DNA of 64,000 bases from an uncultured Acidobacteriota bacterium. GTDB taxonomy: Bacteria; Acidobacteriota; Thermoanaerobaculia; UBA5066. Location: the NCBI GenBank assembly GCA_963776915.1, contig CAVZPE010000008.1, positions 321,780 to 385,779 of the forward strand, read 5' to 3'. This document shows, in pieces, positions 40,751-51,782 of this stretch; position 1 is the stretch's first letter; each line of letters begins with the position of its first letter. The position numbers were made by a program, and so were the translations under genes. Below the pieces are notes generated by a model that was given only the letters and a program-made list of their open reading frames with translations, did not search any database and had not been told where the DNA came from.

Positions 40751-41617
40751 CTACCCGTTCGGGAGGCGCCGCGCGCTCCGCGCGACGAGCGCGGCGAGGA
40801 CGACCGCGAGGACGAGCGTCGAGACGAGCGAGCCCTCCGGCCCGAACGCGCCGCCGGAGAGGAGGGGCCTTCCGGCGCCCGCGACCCCGGTCGCGACGAG
40901 CGGCATCCCGAGGGCCATCCCGCTGACGGGCAGGCCGAGCGCCGAAAGTCCCCAGTTCCAGAACGCGTGGAACGCCCACGCGCCCGCGAGGCCTCCGCCC
41001 GACCAGAAGAGCCAGCCGAGGACGGCGCCGGCGAGGCCGATGTTGACGAGCGCGAGAGGCGTGACGTGCGGGTTGCCGGCGTGGAGCGCGGCGAAGGCCG
41101 CGGCCTGCACGGCGTTCGCGGCGAGGCCCGCGGCGAACCAGCGCCCGCCGAAGCGGGGCAGGCCGGCACCGTCGCCCGGTGGCGGGAGCGGTCCGCGCAG
41201 GAGCCGGGCGACGCCGAGCGCGAGAGCCGCGAGGAGCGTCAGGAGCGCGGCGCGGAAGAGGAGCTCCTCGACGAGGGACTGGACCGCGAAGAACGCGAGG
41301 GAGGCCGGCGCCGCGGCCGGGTCCGCGGCCGACGGGGGCGGCGCGAAGGCCGTCCACCCCGGGGCCGCGGGGAGGAACGCGCCCGCCGCGGCCGGCGGAA
41401 GGACGGCGGCCGCGAGGAGGAGGAACGCGAGCGCGGCGCCGCCGAGGGCGCGGCGCCACGCGGGCCGCGCGGGCTCGGGGAGCGAGCGGCCCGGGCCGCG
41501 GAGCAGGCGCAGGCGCAGGAGCGCGAGCCCCGCGAGGCCGAGAGGCAGCGCGTACAGGAGGTCCCGCGACGCGAGGACGGAGTCCGGGAGGAGCGGGACC
41601 GGGGAGGCGAGCGTCAA
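40751..41617 (-). CDS. CPBP family intramembrane glutamic endopeptidase (CAAX protease/Abi)
   Basis: Motif 1 is SLVEELLFRAAL (EExxxR), motif 2 is FAALHAGN (FxxxH), and motif 3 is WAFHAFWNW (HxxxN/W). Multiple TM helices. Confidence 0.85.
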   Translation of the reverse strand: MTLASPVPLLPDSVLASRDLLYALPLGLAGLALLRLRLLRGPGRSLPEPARPAWRRALGGAALAFLLLAAAVLPPAAAGAFLPAAPGWTAFAPPPSAADPAAAPASLAFFAVQSLVEELLFRAALLTLLAALALGVARLLRGPLPPPGDGAGLPRFGGRWFAAGLAANAVQAAAFAALHAGNPHVTPLALVNIGLAGAVLGWLFWSGGGLAGAWAFHAFWNWGLSALGLPVSGMALGMPLVATGVAGAGRPLLSGGAFGPEGSLVSTLVLAVVLAALVARSARRLPNG

Positions 41618-41627
41618 TCCGGTCGCG

Positions 41628-42209
41628 CTACTTTTTCTCGGCGGGCTTCTCGGACGGCTTGGCCTGCTTCGCCATGCGCGCGGCCGTCCACGGCGGGACG
41701 ATCCCGTTCATGCGCGCGTACGCGATCGACTGGCCGAGGTGCTCGTGCTCGTGGTTCGCGGTCGCGAGGAGAACGCCGCCGACCGTCGTCTCCTGACCGA
41801 ACATCTTCACGGGCTTCTCGAGTTCGGCGTCCGGCGTCGCGTCGACCGCGGCGCGCAGGTGCGCAAAGGACTTCTTGAGCGCCTCGATCACCGCGGACTT
41901 CTCGGTGACGGACTTCTCGATGGCGCCGGACATTCCCTCGGGCGTCTTGGCGCCGATGAAGCCGGTCAGGAGGTAGTTCGCGAAGGCGAGATGCGTGTAG
42001 ACCTCGCTCACGGAGCGGACGCCCTCGGCGGGGCGCCACGAGAACTTGTCCGCGGGGGTGGCCTCGGCGAGACCGAGGATCTCCTTCTCGACCCCGGCCT
42101 GCTGGTGGAGGAAGTCGGCGCGGAACCCCTTCGTCGGGGCCTGCGCCGTGGCGGCGGAGGCGGTGACGGCCAGGACCGTGACGACGAGGGCCGACGCGAT
42201 TCTCTTCAT
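41628..42209 (-). CDS. DinB family protein with signal peptide
   Basis: The ATG at 42209 follows AAGGAG. The histidine triad context is VYTHLAF...ANHEHEHLGQ (DinB/YfiT-like metal site). Confidence 0.8.
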   Translation of the reverse strand: MKRIASALVVTVLAVTASAATAQAPTKGFRADFLHQQAGVEKEILGLAEATPADKFSWRPAEGVRSVSEVYTHLAFANYLLTGFIGAKTPEGMSGAIEKSVTEKSAVIEALKKSFAHLRAAVDATPDAELEKPVKMFGQETTVGGVLLATANHEHEHLGQSIAYARMNGIVPPWTAARMAKQAKPSEKPAEKK

Positions 42210-42304
42210 GGGCAGTCTCCTTTGAGACGGGATCTTATCCATCCGCGTAGAATTCGCGGCCTCGAGGCGTTCCGCCCGAAAAACGACCCGTGGAGGACAC
42301 ACCG

Positions 42305-43157
42305 ATGTCGAAGATCCGCCTTTCCGCCGCCGCCCTCGCCCTGGCGGCCGCCCCGGCGCTCGCGCAGCTCGCGACGCCGGCCCTGAGCCCGAACGCGACC
42401 GTCGCCCAGACGATCGGCATCACGAAGGCCGAGGTCGTCTACAGCCGCCCGTCCGTGAAGGGCCGCGTGATCTGGGGCGAGCTCGTTCCGTGCGACAAGG
42501 TCTGGCGCACCGGCGCGAACGCCGTGACGAAGATCTCGTTCGACACGGACGTGACGGTCGAGGGCCAGAAGCTTCCGGCCGGCGCGTACGGCCTCTTCAC
42601 GATTCCCGGCACGGACGGAGTGGACCGTCATCTTCAACAGGCAGTCGGCGGGCTCGCCCTTCGACTACGCGGCCGACAAGGACGCCCTGCGCGTGAAGGT
42701 CAAGCCCACGGCGCTCGCCGAGCCCAAGGAGCTCTTCACGATCTCCTTCCCGGCCGTCTCCTCGAGCGGGGCGACGCTGCAGCTCGCGTGGGAGAAGCTC
42801 CGGCTCTCGCTCGCGATCGGCGTCGACACGAACGCGGTGTTCCTCCACCGTGCGAAGCTGGCCGTCGCCGACGCGAAGGTGGACGACTGGCGCACGTCGT
42901 ATGTCGCGGCGCGCGGCCTCTACGACCTGAAGTACGCGCCCGAGGACGCCTCGAAGTTCCTCGAGCGCTCTCTCTCGACCAAAGAGACGTTCGCGAACCT
43001 CGCGCTGAAGGCCCGGGTCCTCGCGGGGCAGGGCGACCGGAAGGGCGCGGTCCTCTGGGGCGAGAAGGCCCTCACGGCGGCCAAGACCGCCGACCCGAAG
43101 CCCGACGCCGAGGCGGTCACCGAGCTCGAGAAGTCGATCGCGGGCTGGAAGAAGTAA
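42305..43157 (+). CDS. DUF2911 domain protein with helical C-terminal region (one frameshift near 42617)
   Basis: A signal peptide is followed by KVWRTGANAVTKISFDTDVTVEGQKLPAGAYGLFTIPGTD. After removing the extra G in acggacGgagtgg, the frame continues EWTVIFNRQSAGSPFDYAADKDALRVKVKP. Confidence 0.75.
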
Positions 43158-44809
43158 CGCCGGCCGTCCGCTCGACGAGCGTGCGGCCGGGACTCCGCGC
43201 GAAGGGTACGAGTCCGGCCTCCCGGAGGTGGCGGGCCCACGCGTCCGTATCGGGGGCGACGACGAACCGCGTGTGGAAGCCGAGCTCGAGGTGCGCGGCG
43301 ATCGCGTCGGCGCTCCACGGGACGGCCGCCGCCGGGTCCCCGAGCATCCGGAGCACCGGGTCGTCCCGCCGGCGCGCGACCGCTTCGAGGGGATTGCGCG
43401 ACAGGTAGCCCGAGACGAGCGGGTGGCCGTGGACGAGCTGGCGGACGAGCGCCCCGGTCCCGCCCTCGACGTCGAGGACGACCGAGCCGCTGCGGTCGCG
43501 CGCGAGCGCTTCGAGGGCCGGGTCGGCGGGGGTCAGCGGCCACGTCTCGACCGGGATGCGCCACGGCACGTACTCGACGAACGCGAGGGAGACGGCGGCG
43601 GCCGCGAGCGCCGGGCGGGGCCGGAGCCGGTCGACCCAGAAGCCGAACGAGACCGCGAGGGCGAGGAGCGCGAGCTGCTCGAAGCGGTTCACGCAGCCGC
43701 CGAGCCTGAGCGCGGGGAAGACGTGCTCGAGCCACGCGTAGGGGAGCGGCACCGTCGAGGAGCCGGTCGAAGACGCGTGGCTGCGGGCCGAGGCTCAGGA
43801 CGAGGGCGGCAAGGCCGCTCGCCCAGAGGAAGTCGAGCTGGCGGGGCCGTCGCCCCCGGGAGGAGGGCGACCGTTGCCACGAGCGGGAATCCATCCGAGG
43901 TAGCCGACGCCCTCGACGAGGTTCTGGTGGTTGCGCCCGGTCAGCGGCGCCGTCGCGGCGGACAGGGCCTGGATCCGCGACGGGATGACGAGGGACGTGA
44001 GCGCGACCGAGCACCACTTGCTCGGGTGCCCCGCCTCCACGAGCGGCAGGTCCCGCTTCACGCGGACGAGGAGAGGCGCCGAGAGCGCCACGGCGGCCGC
44101 GGCGACGCCGAGGAAGGCCAGCGCCCGCCGGACGCGCGCCGCATCGCGCCAGAGTGCCACGGCGCAGTAGGCGGAGGCCGCGAGCGCGCCGAGGAGCGCG
44201 AGGTAGAGGTCTGCGTAGACGAGCGCCGCGAGAGAGAGAGACGCCTCGGCCGCGCCGATCCACCTCGTGCGGCGCCGCGCGTCGCCCGTCAGGACGAGCC
44301 CCTCGAGCGCGAAGCCCAGGAAGCCCAGCCCGAGGAGGTTGAGGTGCCCGTAGGCCCGCGCGAACCGCGGGGGGCAGAACGCGAAGCAGAGCGCGGCGAC
44401 GGTCGCGCCGGCGTTGCCGGCCCCGAGACGCCGCGCGAGCCGGAAGACGCCGGCGCCGGCGACCGCGAAGGACAGGAGGACCGCGAGGTTGTAGGCGAGC
44501 GGCAGCCCGGTGACCGTCGCGGCGAGCGCCGCGGGCAGGCTGAACGGCAGGCTCAGCGTGTGCGTCGCGAGGCTCGCGCCCTCGGGTGCGAAGAGCCGCG
44601 TGGTCGAGAAGAGCGGCAGGCCGTCGCAGACGGAGCGGCGGACGTGCTCGACGTTCCAGAGGTTCTGCCACGCGTCGCCGCCGCCGATGACGCCGCGCGT
44701 CCAGTTCCGTCCGAAGCCGAGCGCGCCGAACGCGAGGAGCGTCGTGCCGAGCGCGACGGCCGCCGTCGCGGCCGCCGACGGTACCTCGCTCGCGCTGCAT
44801 CGCGCGCAT
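43117..44809 (-). CDS. polytopic membrane protein (GT-C/YfhO-like glycosyltransferase candidate), at least 4-5 frameshifts
   Basis: The pieces ..AAVALGTTLLAFGALGFGRNWTRG...NLWNVEHV...LAYNLAVLLSFAVAGAGVFRLARRLG.., ..MALWRDAARVRRALAFLGVAAAAVAL.. and MPLPYAWLEHVFPALRLGGCVNRFEQLALLALAVSFGFW.. lie in different frames. The breaks are near 44790, 43880, 43850 and 43755. Confidence 0.55.
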
Positions 44810-44839
44810 CTTAAGGCGCGGGGCCGGAGATCCCCTGCG

Positions 44840-47486
44840 TCAGCGCGACGTCGGCGCCGCGGGCGCGTGCGGCGCGAGCCCGGAGCCCGCGCCGGCCGAC
44901 ACGAGGTTCACGAAGAACCGGTACGCGCCCGGGACGCCGGCCGGCAGCTGCCGGAAGAACGCGTAGCCCGTGTAGACGTACGCCCCCTTGCCGACCCTCG
45001 CGTAGAGGAGGCCGCCCTTCTTGTCGGTCTCGCCGGGGTCGTGCGACGCGATCGGGGTCTCGTACCGCGGGTCCCACGTGCCCGCGAAGTAGAGCCCGCG
45101 CTCCTGCACCCAGCCGTCGAAGTCGGCGGACGTGAGCCTGTTCGGGAAGTTCAGGAGGGGGCTGCCCGGCTCGAGGAACGTGACGGGGGCCTCCTCGACG
45201 GTCACGCGGTCGCGCGAGATCTTGAACGGGTACGGCCCGATCTCGTTCGTCACGAGGTCGCCCGTCGTGTCGTACTGGACGACGAGCGGTGCCGCCCTTC
45301 TCGGCGTACGCGAGGAGGCGGCCCTCGACCTGCTTCAGCCGCGGCCGCGTGTTGTACGCGCGGATGCCCGTCACGATCGCCGCGTAACGCGAGAGGTCGC
45401 CGGTCTCGAGGTCGTCGTCCGAGAGCAGCGTCACGGAGTACCCCATCTGCCGGAGCGCGTCGGGGCCCGCGTCGCCCGAGCCCATCACGTAGCCGATCGG
45501 CGCGCGCGGCGCCTTCACGTCGATGCGCAGGACGCGCGCCTCGGCGGGCGGGAACAGGGTCTGGAGCGGAATGTGGGGATAGTCGACGCGCACCACGGAA
45601 TGCGATTCCGTGCGCCCGGCGACCGTCGTCTCCGCCGAGAGCGTGCCGGAGGCCTGGCCCGGCGGCGGCGTCACCGTGAACGCCACGGGCTTCTCCTCGC
45701 CCTTGGCCGCGAGCTCGAACAGCACCTCGGCCGGGGTGACGTGGAACCCGGCGGGCGCCCGGAGGCGCACCGCGCCCGAGACCTTCGGCGCTCCCGCGAC
45801 GAGCGTGACGCGCACCGTCTTCGCGGCGCCGCTCCCGAACGCGTAGACCTTCTCGTCGAGGTTCGCCATGACGGGCGGGACGATCTCGAACGGGCTGTAC
45901 ACCTCGCCCCTCACGGGGTCGGTCCGGCGGAAGACGACGGGGGTCTCGAACGGGATCGTCACCCCCGCGACGCGCACGGCGAACCGCGCGACGAGCGGCG
46001 GCGCGTTCTCGGGCCGGCCGACGAGACGGGGATCCGGCACGGAGTAGAGGCCCTTGCCGGCGGGCGCGAGCAGCCAGTAAGGCTGCGTGGTGGCGGCGTC
46101 CGCCGGGAGCGCCACCGTCGCGGTCCCCCGCAGCGGCTCGTTCGGCGCGAGGGCGCCGCCCGGGAGCGGCGCGGCGACGCCGCCCTCGACCTCGACGTTC
46201 TCGAGCGACGCCGGGAAGGCCGAGCGGTTCAGGGCCATCGTCGCGACCTTGACCCCGGTGCCCGGCGCGGCCGAGACGTCGGCCGCGATCGCCTCCGTCC
46301 ACAGCCCGAGGCACGCCCGGATCGCCTCGGCGACCTCGGCGCGCTTGGCGGCGAGGAGGGGATCCGGGGAGGAAGACGACGCCGGATCGACGAGAGACGA
46401 GGATTCGGATTTCTTAGAAGGGGAAGAGGGGGAGGGCGGAGCGGCCTGCTGAGCCCCCGCCTCGAGCATCCGGCCGATCGCCGTCCACGCCTCCACGAGC
46501 CCCGGGACCGACGCCGCCGGGTCCGATTCGCGAAATCCTTCCTCCACCTTTCTAAGAATCTTTCCGATTTCTTCTCCCTCGGCTCCGTATCTCTTCCAGG
46601 AGAGATCGACGCCCTCGAAGAGGTCTTCCTTCGCCGGCTCGCCCGCGATCAGCTTGAAGTCGTTCAGCCAGACGCCGCGGCGCTCGGCGGCGCCGAAGCC
46701 CTGGCTCTTGTGCATGGAACGGCTCTGGCCGGCGATCTCGGTGTACGAGCGGCCGAGGAGCGCGTTGTAGCCGCCGAGGTCCACCGCGATCTCTCCCGGC
46801 GCCGGCGTCCGCGGGGCGTTTGGTCCGAAGCGGAAGACGTTCCAGAGGACCCGCTTCACCTGCCAGGGCCGGACCCACTGGAGCTGCTCGGGAAAGCGCT
46901 TCGGGTCGGCCGCGGCCGTGAACGCCTCGACCGCGAGGATCGCGGAGGCGGTGTGGTTGCCGTGGCCTCCCTCGCCGGTCGTCGGAAACCGCGTGACGAT
47001 CACGTCCGGCCGGAAGGAGCGGATGACCCAGACGACGTCGGAGAGGACCTGCTCGTGGCCCCAGATCGCGAACGTCTCCCCGGGGTTCTTCGAGTAGCCG
47101 AAGTCGATCGCCCGCGTGAAGAACTGCCGCGCGCCGTCGATCCGCCGCGCCGCGAGGAGCTCCTGCGTGCGCAGGACGCCGACGAGCTCGCCGGTCTCGT
47201 TCCCGATCAGGTTCTGGCCGCCGTCGCCGCGCGTGACGGAGAGATAACCCGTCTCGAGAAGGCGCCCCTTCGCGCCCCAGGCGAGGAAGGCCGAGTTCTC
47301 GTCGTCCGGGTGGGCCGCGAGGTAGAGCACGCTGCCGACGACGTTCAGCTTCTTCAGCTGGAGCGCGATCTCGGAGGCGCTGAGGTTCTCGGCGGGCGCG
47401 GCGGCCCGGGCCGGGCGCGCGGCGAGGGCGATCAGGGCGGCGAGGACGGGGAGGGCGCGGAGCAGGCGGCGCGTCATGCGCCGCAT
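44840..47486 (-). CDS. PIG-L/LmbE family deacetylase fused to a C-terminal ThuA/GATase1-like domain (one frameshift near 45285)
   Basis: A signal peptide is followed by LYLAAHPDDENSAFLAW...VTRGDGGQN...GHGNHTA (PIG-L motifs). The C-terminus continues in the frame of track ORF 44840..45253 (..VVQYDTTGDLVTNEIGPYPFKI...YVYTGYAFFRQLPAGVPGAYRFFVNL). Confidence 0.85.
46391..46582. repeat. AT/purine-rich imperfect palindrome, copy 3 (arms 46391-46436 and 46537-46582), inside the PIG-L gene
   Basis: The left arm is CGAGAGACGAGGATTCGGATTTCTTAGAAGGGGAAGAGGGGGAGGG. The reverse complement of the right arm is CCGAGGGAGAAGAAATCGGAAAGATTCTTAGAAAGGTGGAGGAAGG. The arms share ATCGGA..TTCTTAGAA..GG.G.AG. They are translated as EGEEIGKILRKVEEG and PPSPSSPSKKSESSSLV with A/T-ending codons. 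Confidence 0.7.
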
Positions 47487-47501
47487 TCTAGAGGGGGAGT
47501 C

Positions 47502-48785
47502 TCAATCCGAAGGCCCCTTCCCGAACGTCTCCTCGACCAGGAACGTTCCGGCGCAGGCGAGCGCGAGCGTCCCGAGCGAGGCGAGGAAGGCCGCGTGGTA
47601 CCCCGCCGTCGGGTAGCGCCGCGCCCCCTGCTCGAGGACGCCGAGCCAGTGGGCGTCGAGGATCCGCCCGAGGACGTTCTGCATGACGGCCGCCCCGAGG
47701 AAGCCGCCGGCGTTCACCGTCGCCGTCGCGATGCCCGAGAACCGCGGCGGGTTCACCTCCCGCGCGAGCACCCACGTGAGCGTGAAGCAGCTCGCGGTCA
47801 GGCCCACGAGGAAGCACAGCGGGCCGAGGAGGAACCGCGGCGGCCCGCCGGCGGGGACCGCGATGCACGCCCAGACGGCCGTGTAGACGAACGTGAAGAG
47901 GACGTAGGGGAGGCGGCGCGCGCGGAAGATCCGGTCCGAGAGGAACCCGGCCGTGGGCGCGCCGAAGACGACGCCCACCCCGACGAGCGACACGAGCCGC
48001 GCCGCGTCGCGGGCCGTGAGCCCGTAGACGTCGCGCATCCACGGCACCGCCCAGAGCCCCGAGAACGAGATGAGCGTCCCGTACTGGCAGAAGAAGACGA
48101 GGAACATCGGCCACGTCTTGCGGTTGCCCCACACCGTGCGGTAGCCCTGCGCGACGCTCAGCTTCGGCGCCGGGCCGCGCGGGACCGGCGGCGGGAACCC
48201 CGCGTCCTCGGGCCGGTCGCGGACGACCGCGAGGCAGAGCGCCGCGAGGGCGAGCGAGAGGGCCGCGACGCCGCCGAACGTCGTGCGCCAGCCCGCGAGC
48301 GACACGACGAAGGCGAGCGGCGCGGCGGCGAGGAGACCGCCGAGGTTGCCGGCGACCTGCGTGAGGCCCGACCACGTCCCGAACTCGTCCGGCCGGAACC
48401 ACGCCCCGATCTGCTTCAGCGTCCCGATGAAGACGACGGAGGCGCCGACACCGACGACGACGCGCGCCCCGTAGGCGACCGGCAGGGCGTGGGCGGCGGC
48501 GAAGACCGCGCCGCCCGCGCCCATCACGAGAGCGCCCGCGGCGACGGCCTTGCGCGGGCCCCACGCGTCGACCGCCGCGCCGACGACGAACTGCATCGCG
48601 GCGAACGCGTACAGGTAGAGCGCCGCCATCGTCGCGACCTCGACGCCCGTCGCCGTGAAGCTCCGCATGAGGTCCTTCGCGAGGACCGCGGGCGCGATCC
48701 GGTGGAAGTACGACACGACGTACACGAGGGCGAGGACGCCCCAGACGAGGACGCGGCGCGAGCGGAAGTCAGGCGAGACGGCGAT
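47502..48785 (-). CDS. MFS transporter (start codon unresolved)
   Basis: It has 12-TM MFS features: VLALVYVVSYFHRIAPAVL, GAAVDAWGPRKAV and GFLSDRIFRARR. It forms the C-terminal part of chimeric track ORF 47502..51782. There is no ATG, GTG or TTG in frame between the upstream stop (48809) and the first TM helix. The ATC at 48785 after AGGAGG is used as a provisional 5' end. Confidence 0.8.
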   Translation of the reverse strand: MAVSPDFRSRRVLVWGVLALVYVVSYFHRIAPAVLAKDLMRSFTATGVEVATMAALYLYAFAAMQFVVGAAVDAWGPRKAVAAGALVMGAGGAVFAAAHALPVAYGARVVVGVGASVVFIGTLKQIGAWFRPDEFGTWSGLTQVAGNLGGLLAAAPLAFVVSLAGWRTTFGGVAALSLALAALCLAVVRDRPEDAGFPPPVPRGPAPKLSVAQGYRTVWGNRKTWPMFLVFFCQYGTLISFSGLWAVPWMRDVYGLTARDAARLVSLVGVGVVFGAPTAGFLSDRIFRARRLPYVLFTFVYTAVWACIAVPAGGPPRFLLGPLCFLVGLTASCFTLTWVLAREVNPPRFSGIATATVNAGGFLGAAVMQNVLGRILDAHWLGVLEQGARRYPTAGYHAAFLASLGTLALACAGTFLVEETFGKGPSD

Positions 48786-48808
48786 CCTCCTCGCGGGGAC
48801 GGGCGACG

Positions 48809-51782
48809 TTACCTCACGAGGCGGAACGCGCGGGGCGGCAGGGTGCGGCGGCGTCCGTCCGGGGTCTCGAGCTCGACGACGAGGCTGTGGTCGCCGGGAG
48901 CGAGGCCGCTCACGTCGAGGTCCGCCGCGAAGCCCGTCTCCTTCGGCTCCACGACGTACGGGAGCACCGCCACGACGTCGGGCCGGTCGGGACGGGTCGA
49001 GCGGAGCGGGATCGCGGCGCGGCCGTCGATGGTGAAGAGGACGGGGTCGATCCGCCCTCCTCCCCGCTCGCGGCACCAGCCCGCGGCCGAGAGGACGCCG
49101 CCCCGGATCAGGCTCCCCTCCGCCGGCGCGTCCAGGTTCCCCGGGAGGTCGCCGGAGCCCCCGCGCGGCGTCGGGTGCGCCGCGTCGAGCGTGAGGTCGA
49201 GCGCGGCGATATGGACGTCGCCCGTCGTGCCCGGCACGGACGGGAGGATCGAGATGCGGTTGCGCCCCGCCCGCCACGCTCCTCCTTCGACCCGGAACGC
49301 GGCCGCGCGCGGGTCCGCGGGCGCACGCTCCATGGGCCTGCCGTTGAGGCTCGCCCTCAGCGATCGGACGAGCTCTTCGGTCCCGTCCACCTCGAGGGCC
49401 GCGGCCGTCGCGGGCGCGTCGAGGGGCGGGATCACGAGCTCCACGCCCGCGGGCGGCACGTCGAGCGTCGGGGAAACCTTCCCGTCGCGTGGCTCCGGCC
49501 GCCGGCCGGCCAGGAGGTAGTAGTCCGACTCCGGTCGTCCGAAGTCCACGCGCAGGCGATCGGGTTGCGGCGGCGCGTCGCGGACCGCGAAGACCTCCGT
49601 CCGGGCATCGCGGAAGACGCGCGTGAAGGCCCCGGGCTCGAGGGCGATCCAGTCCCGTTCGGGAAGCTCCTCCCCGGTCCGGACCACGACGACGAAGCCG
49701 ACCCCGAGCCGCCGCAGGTTCTCCCTCCATTCCGCGTGGACGGCGCGGTGATGCGGGAACTCCAGCGGCCCGCCCCACGAGAAGAACGACGCGCCGAGCG
49801 GCGGGACGAGTCCGCCCCGCGCGTCGGGACCGCGATAGGTCGGCACGTAGAGGAGACGGTTCTGGAGGCGCCGCCCGAAGAACAGGTACGGCTGGTTCCC
49901 GCCGCAGAACGCGATCGTCGTGCCGGGGGGCGCCGCACGATCGAGGAACGAGGCCGCCGGGACCGGACCCAGCTTGCGTGTCAAGTACGTCTCGAGGAGC
50001 CGCCCACCGGCCAGCGAGGCGAGCACCGCGAGCGCCGCCGCCGCGACCCCGGACGCGGCCGAAGACCCGAACCCCGGCGACGGCGCGAGGCGGCGCCGGA
50101 AGACGTCGAGAAGCACGACCGCGCCGCTCAGCGCGGCCACGACCCACGCGCTCCGCGCGCCCCCCCGCCTGACCTGGGAGACGACGAGCGTCAGCGACAC
50201 CGCGAGGAGGACCGCCGCGCGGCCCAGGCGGGCGGCCCGGGGCGGAAGGCGCTCGAGGAGCCACACGGCGGAGATTCCGGCGAGGGCGAGCGCCCCGTAC
50301 ACGTACCGGACGTCGCGGTGGTCGGCCATCAGCCGGACGAACGTCGCGTACAGGACGACCGGGAGCGCGAGGAGGACGACCTCTCCCGCGGAGACCCGCC
50401 GGCCGTCCGAAGGCCGGGAGCGCCGCACCCGGGAGGCGAGCCACGAGACCAGCGCGAGGAGGGGCGCGACCACGGCGGCGGGAAGCAGGACCCAGCGGAA
50501 CAGGGGCCCGAGGAGATCGACGCGGTCGAGGAGGAAGCGGAGCGCCTCGCGTCCGGCGCCGGCCGTCGTCCAGAGCACCGCGATCGTGTCCGCCGCCCAG
50601 CCCTGGAAGAGTCGAGCGGCCGAAGACGCTGACCGTCGCGGGGTAGAAGGGGTTGCCGGTCGCGGCCGCGTTGCGCAGGTACGTGTACCCGCCGACGCCG
50701 AGCATCGTGAGGCTCCCGACCAGGCACGCGATCGCCGCCGACCGGATCGCGGGCCCCCGGCCCCCGGCCGGAGGCCGCCCGATCGCCGGCGCGGCGCACG
50801 CGCCCGCGAGGAGCAGCAGCGGAGGCAGGAACATCGCCCCGGTGTACTTGGTGCCGATCAGCAGGCCGAGCGACGCGCCGAGGAACGCCGCCCGGCGGGG
50901 ATCGGGGCCGCGCCGGAGGAGCAGGGCGCCCGAGACGCTCGCCAGGACGAAGAAGCAGACGGCGTGGTCGTTGCCGGCTCCGAGCATGCCCGTCGGGAAG
51001 ACGCGCGGGCTCGCCGCGTAGAGGAGGACGGCGATGCCCGCCGCCTCCGCGCGCAGCGGGAGGAGGCGTGCGATCGAGGCGAGCGCGGCGATCGAGGCGA
51101 GCGCGAACGGCGCCTCGCTCCATCGTGCCAGGAAGTCCGTGCCGCCGAACGGGGCGAGGAGAAGATACGAGAACAGCTCGCCGGCGACCGGATAGAACGT
51201 GGTGCTGCCGTCGCCGACGGGGAACTTCATGCTCCGGAGGTCGTGCCACTGCCACCACGTCGCGACGGCGGAGAGGTGGTAGGAGGTGTCGTCATAGCCC
51301 TGCGCGCCGGGAGGGTCGTAACGCCGGGAGAAGACCGCGACCGCCGTCGAGATTCCGAAGAACGCGAGGGCGGCCAGGATCGCGGCGCGCTCCGTCGAGA
51401 GCGCGGTCGGGGGGCGGCGCTTCGGGGGCGCTTCCGGGTGGACCGGAAAGGCCGCGTTCGCGGCCAGGCCGAGCGCCGCGACGAGAAGAACGGCTCGCGG
51501 CGTCAGGGCGCCGGCGTGCCCCAGCGTCGTCGCGACGACGGTCCAGCCCGCGCCGAGGAGGACGAGAGTCGCCGTGACCGTGGTTCCGAGGTCCTCGCCG
51601 GGGAGGAGAAATCTCGCCAGGCGGAGGGAGAGCCGGCCGATCCCGAAAAAGAAGACGAGCGCGAGGGCCGCGCCCGCGGCCGCGGGCAGCCGGGAGACAT
51701 CGACGGCTCCCAGGACGAGGAGAGCCGCGATCGCGGCGTCGAGGCGACGGGCCGGCCCGGAGCCGGTTCTAGGGCCGTGCAC
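48809..51782 (-). CDS. large polytopic GT-C-like (PMT/ArnT-type) glycosyltransferase candidate with an extracytoplasmic C-terminal domain (one frameshift near 50598)
   Basis: The N-terminal half (frame of 51782) has many TM helices (..YDDTSYHLSAVATWWQW.., ..GTKYTGAMFLPPLLLLAG..). The join is FYPATVSVFGRSTLPG to WAADTIAVLWTTAGAGREAL (frame of track ORF 48809..50578). The C-terminal ~350 aa are soluble and end with an Ig-like module (GWCRERGGGRIDPVLFTIDG..RPDV..GFAADLDVSGLAPGDHSLVVE). Confidence 0.65.

Noticed and set aside
47502-51782. Track ORF of 1426 aa that looks like one giant membrane protein.
   Set aside because: It is a chimera. The N-terminal third is the GT-C-like gene before its frameshift. 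The middle is out-of-frame Arg/Pro-rich read-through of that gene, whose real continuation is track ORF 48809..50578. The last ~430 aa are a separate MFS transporter.
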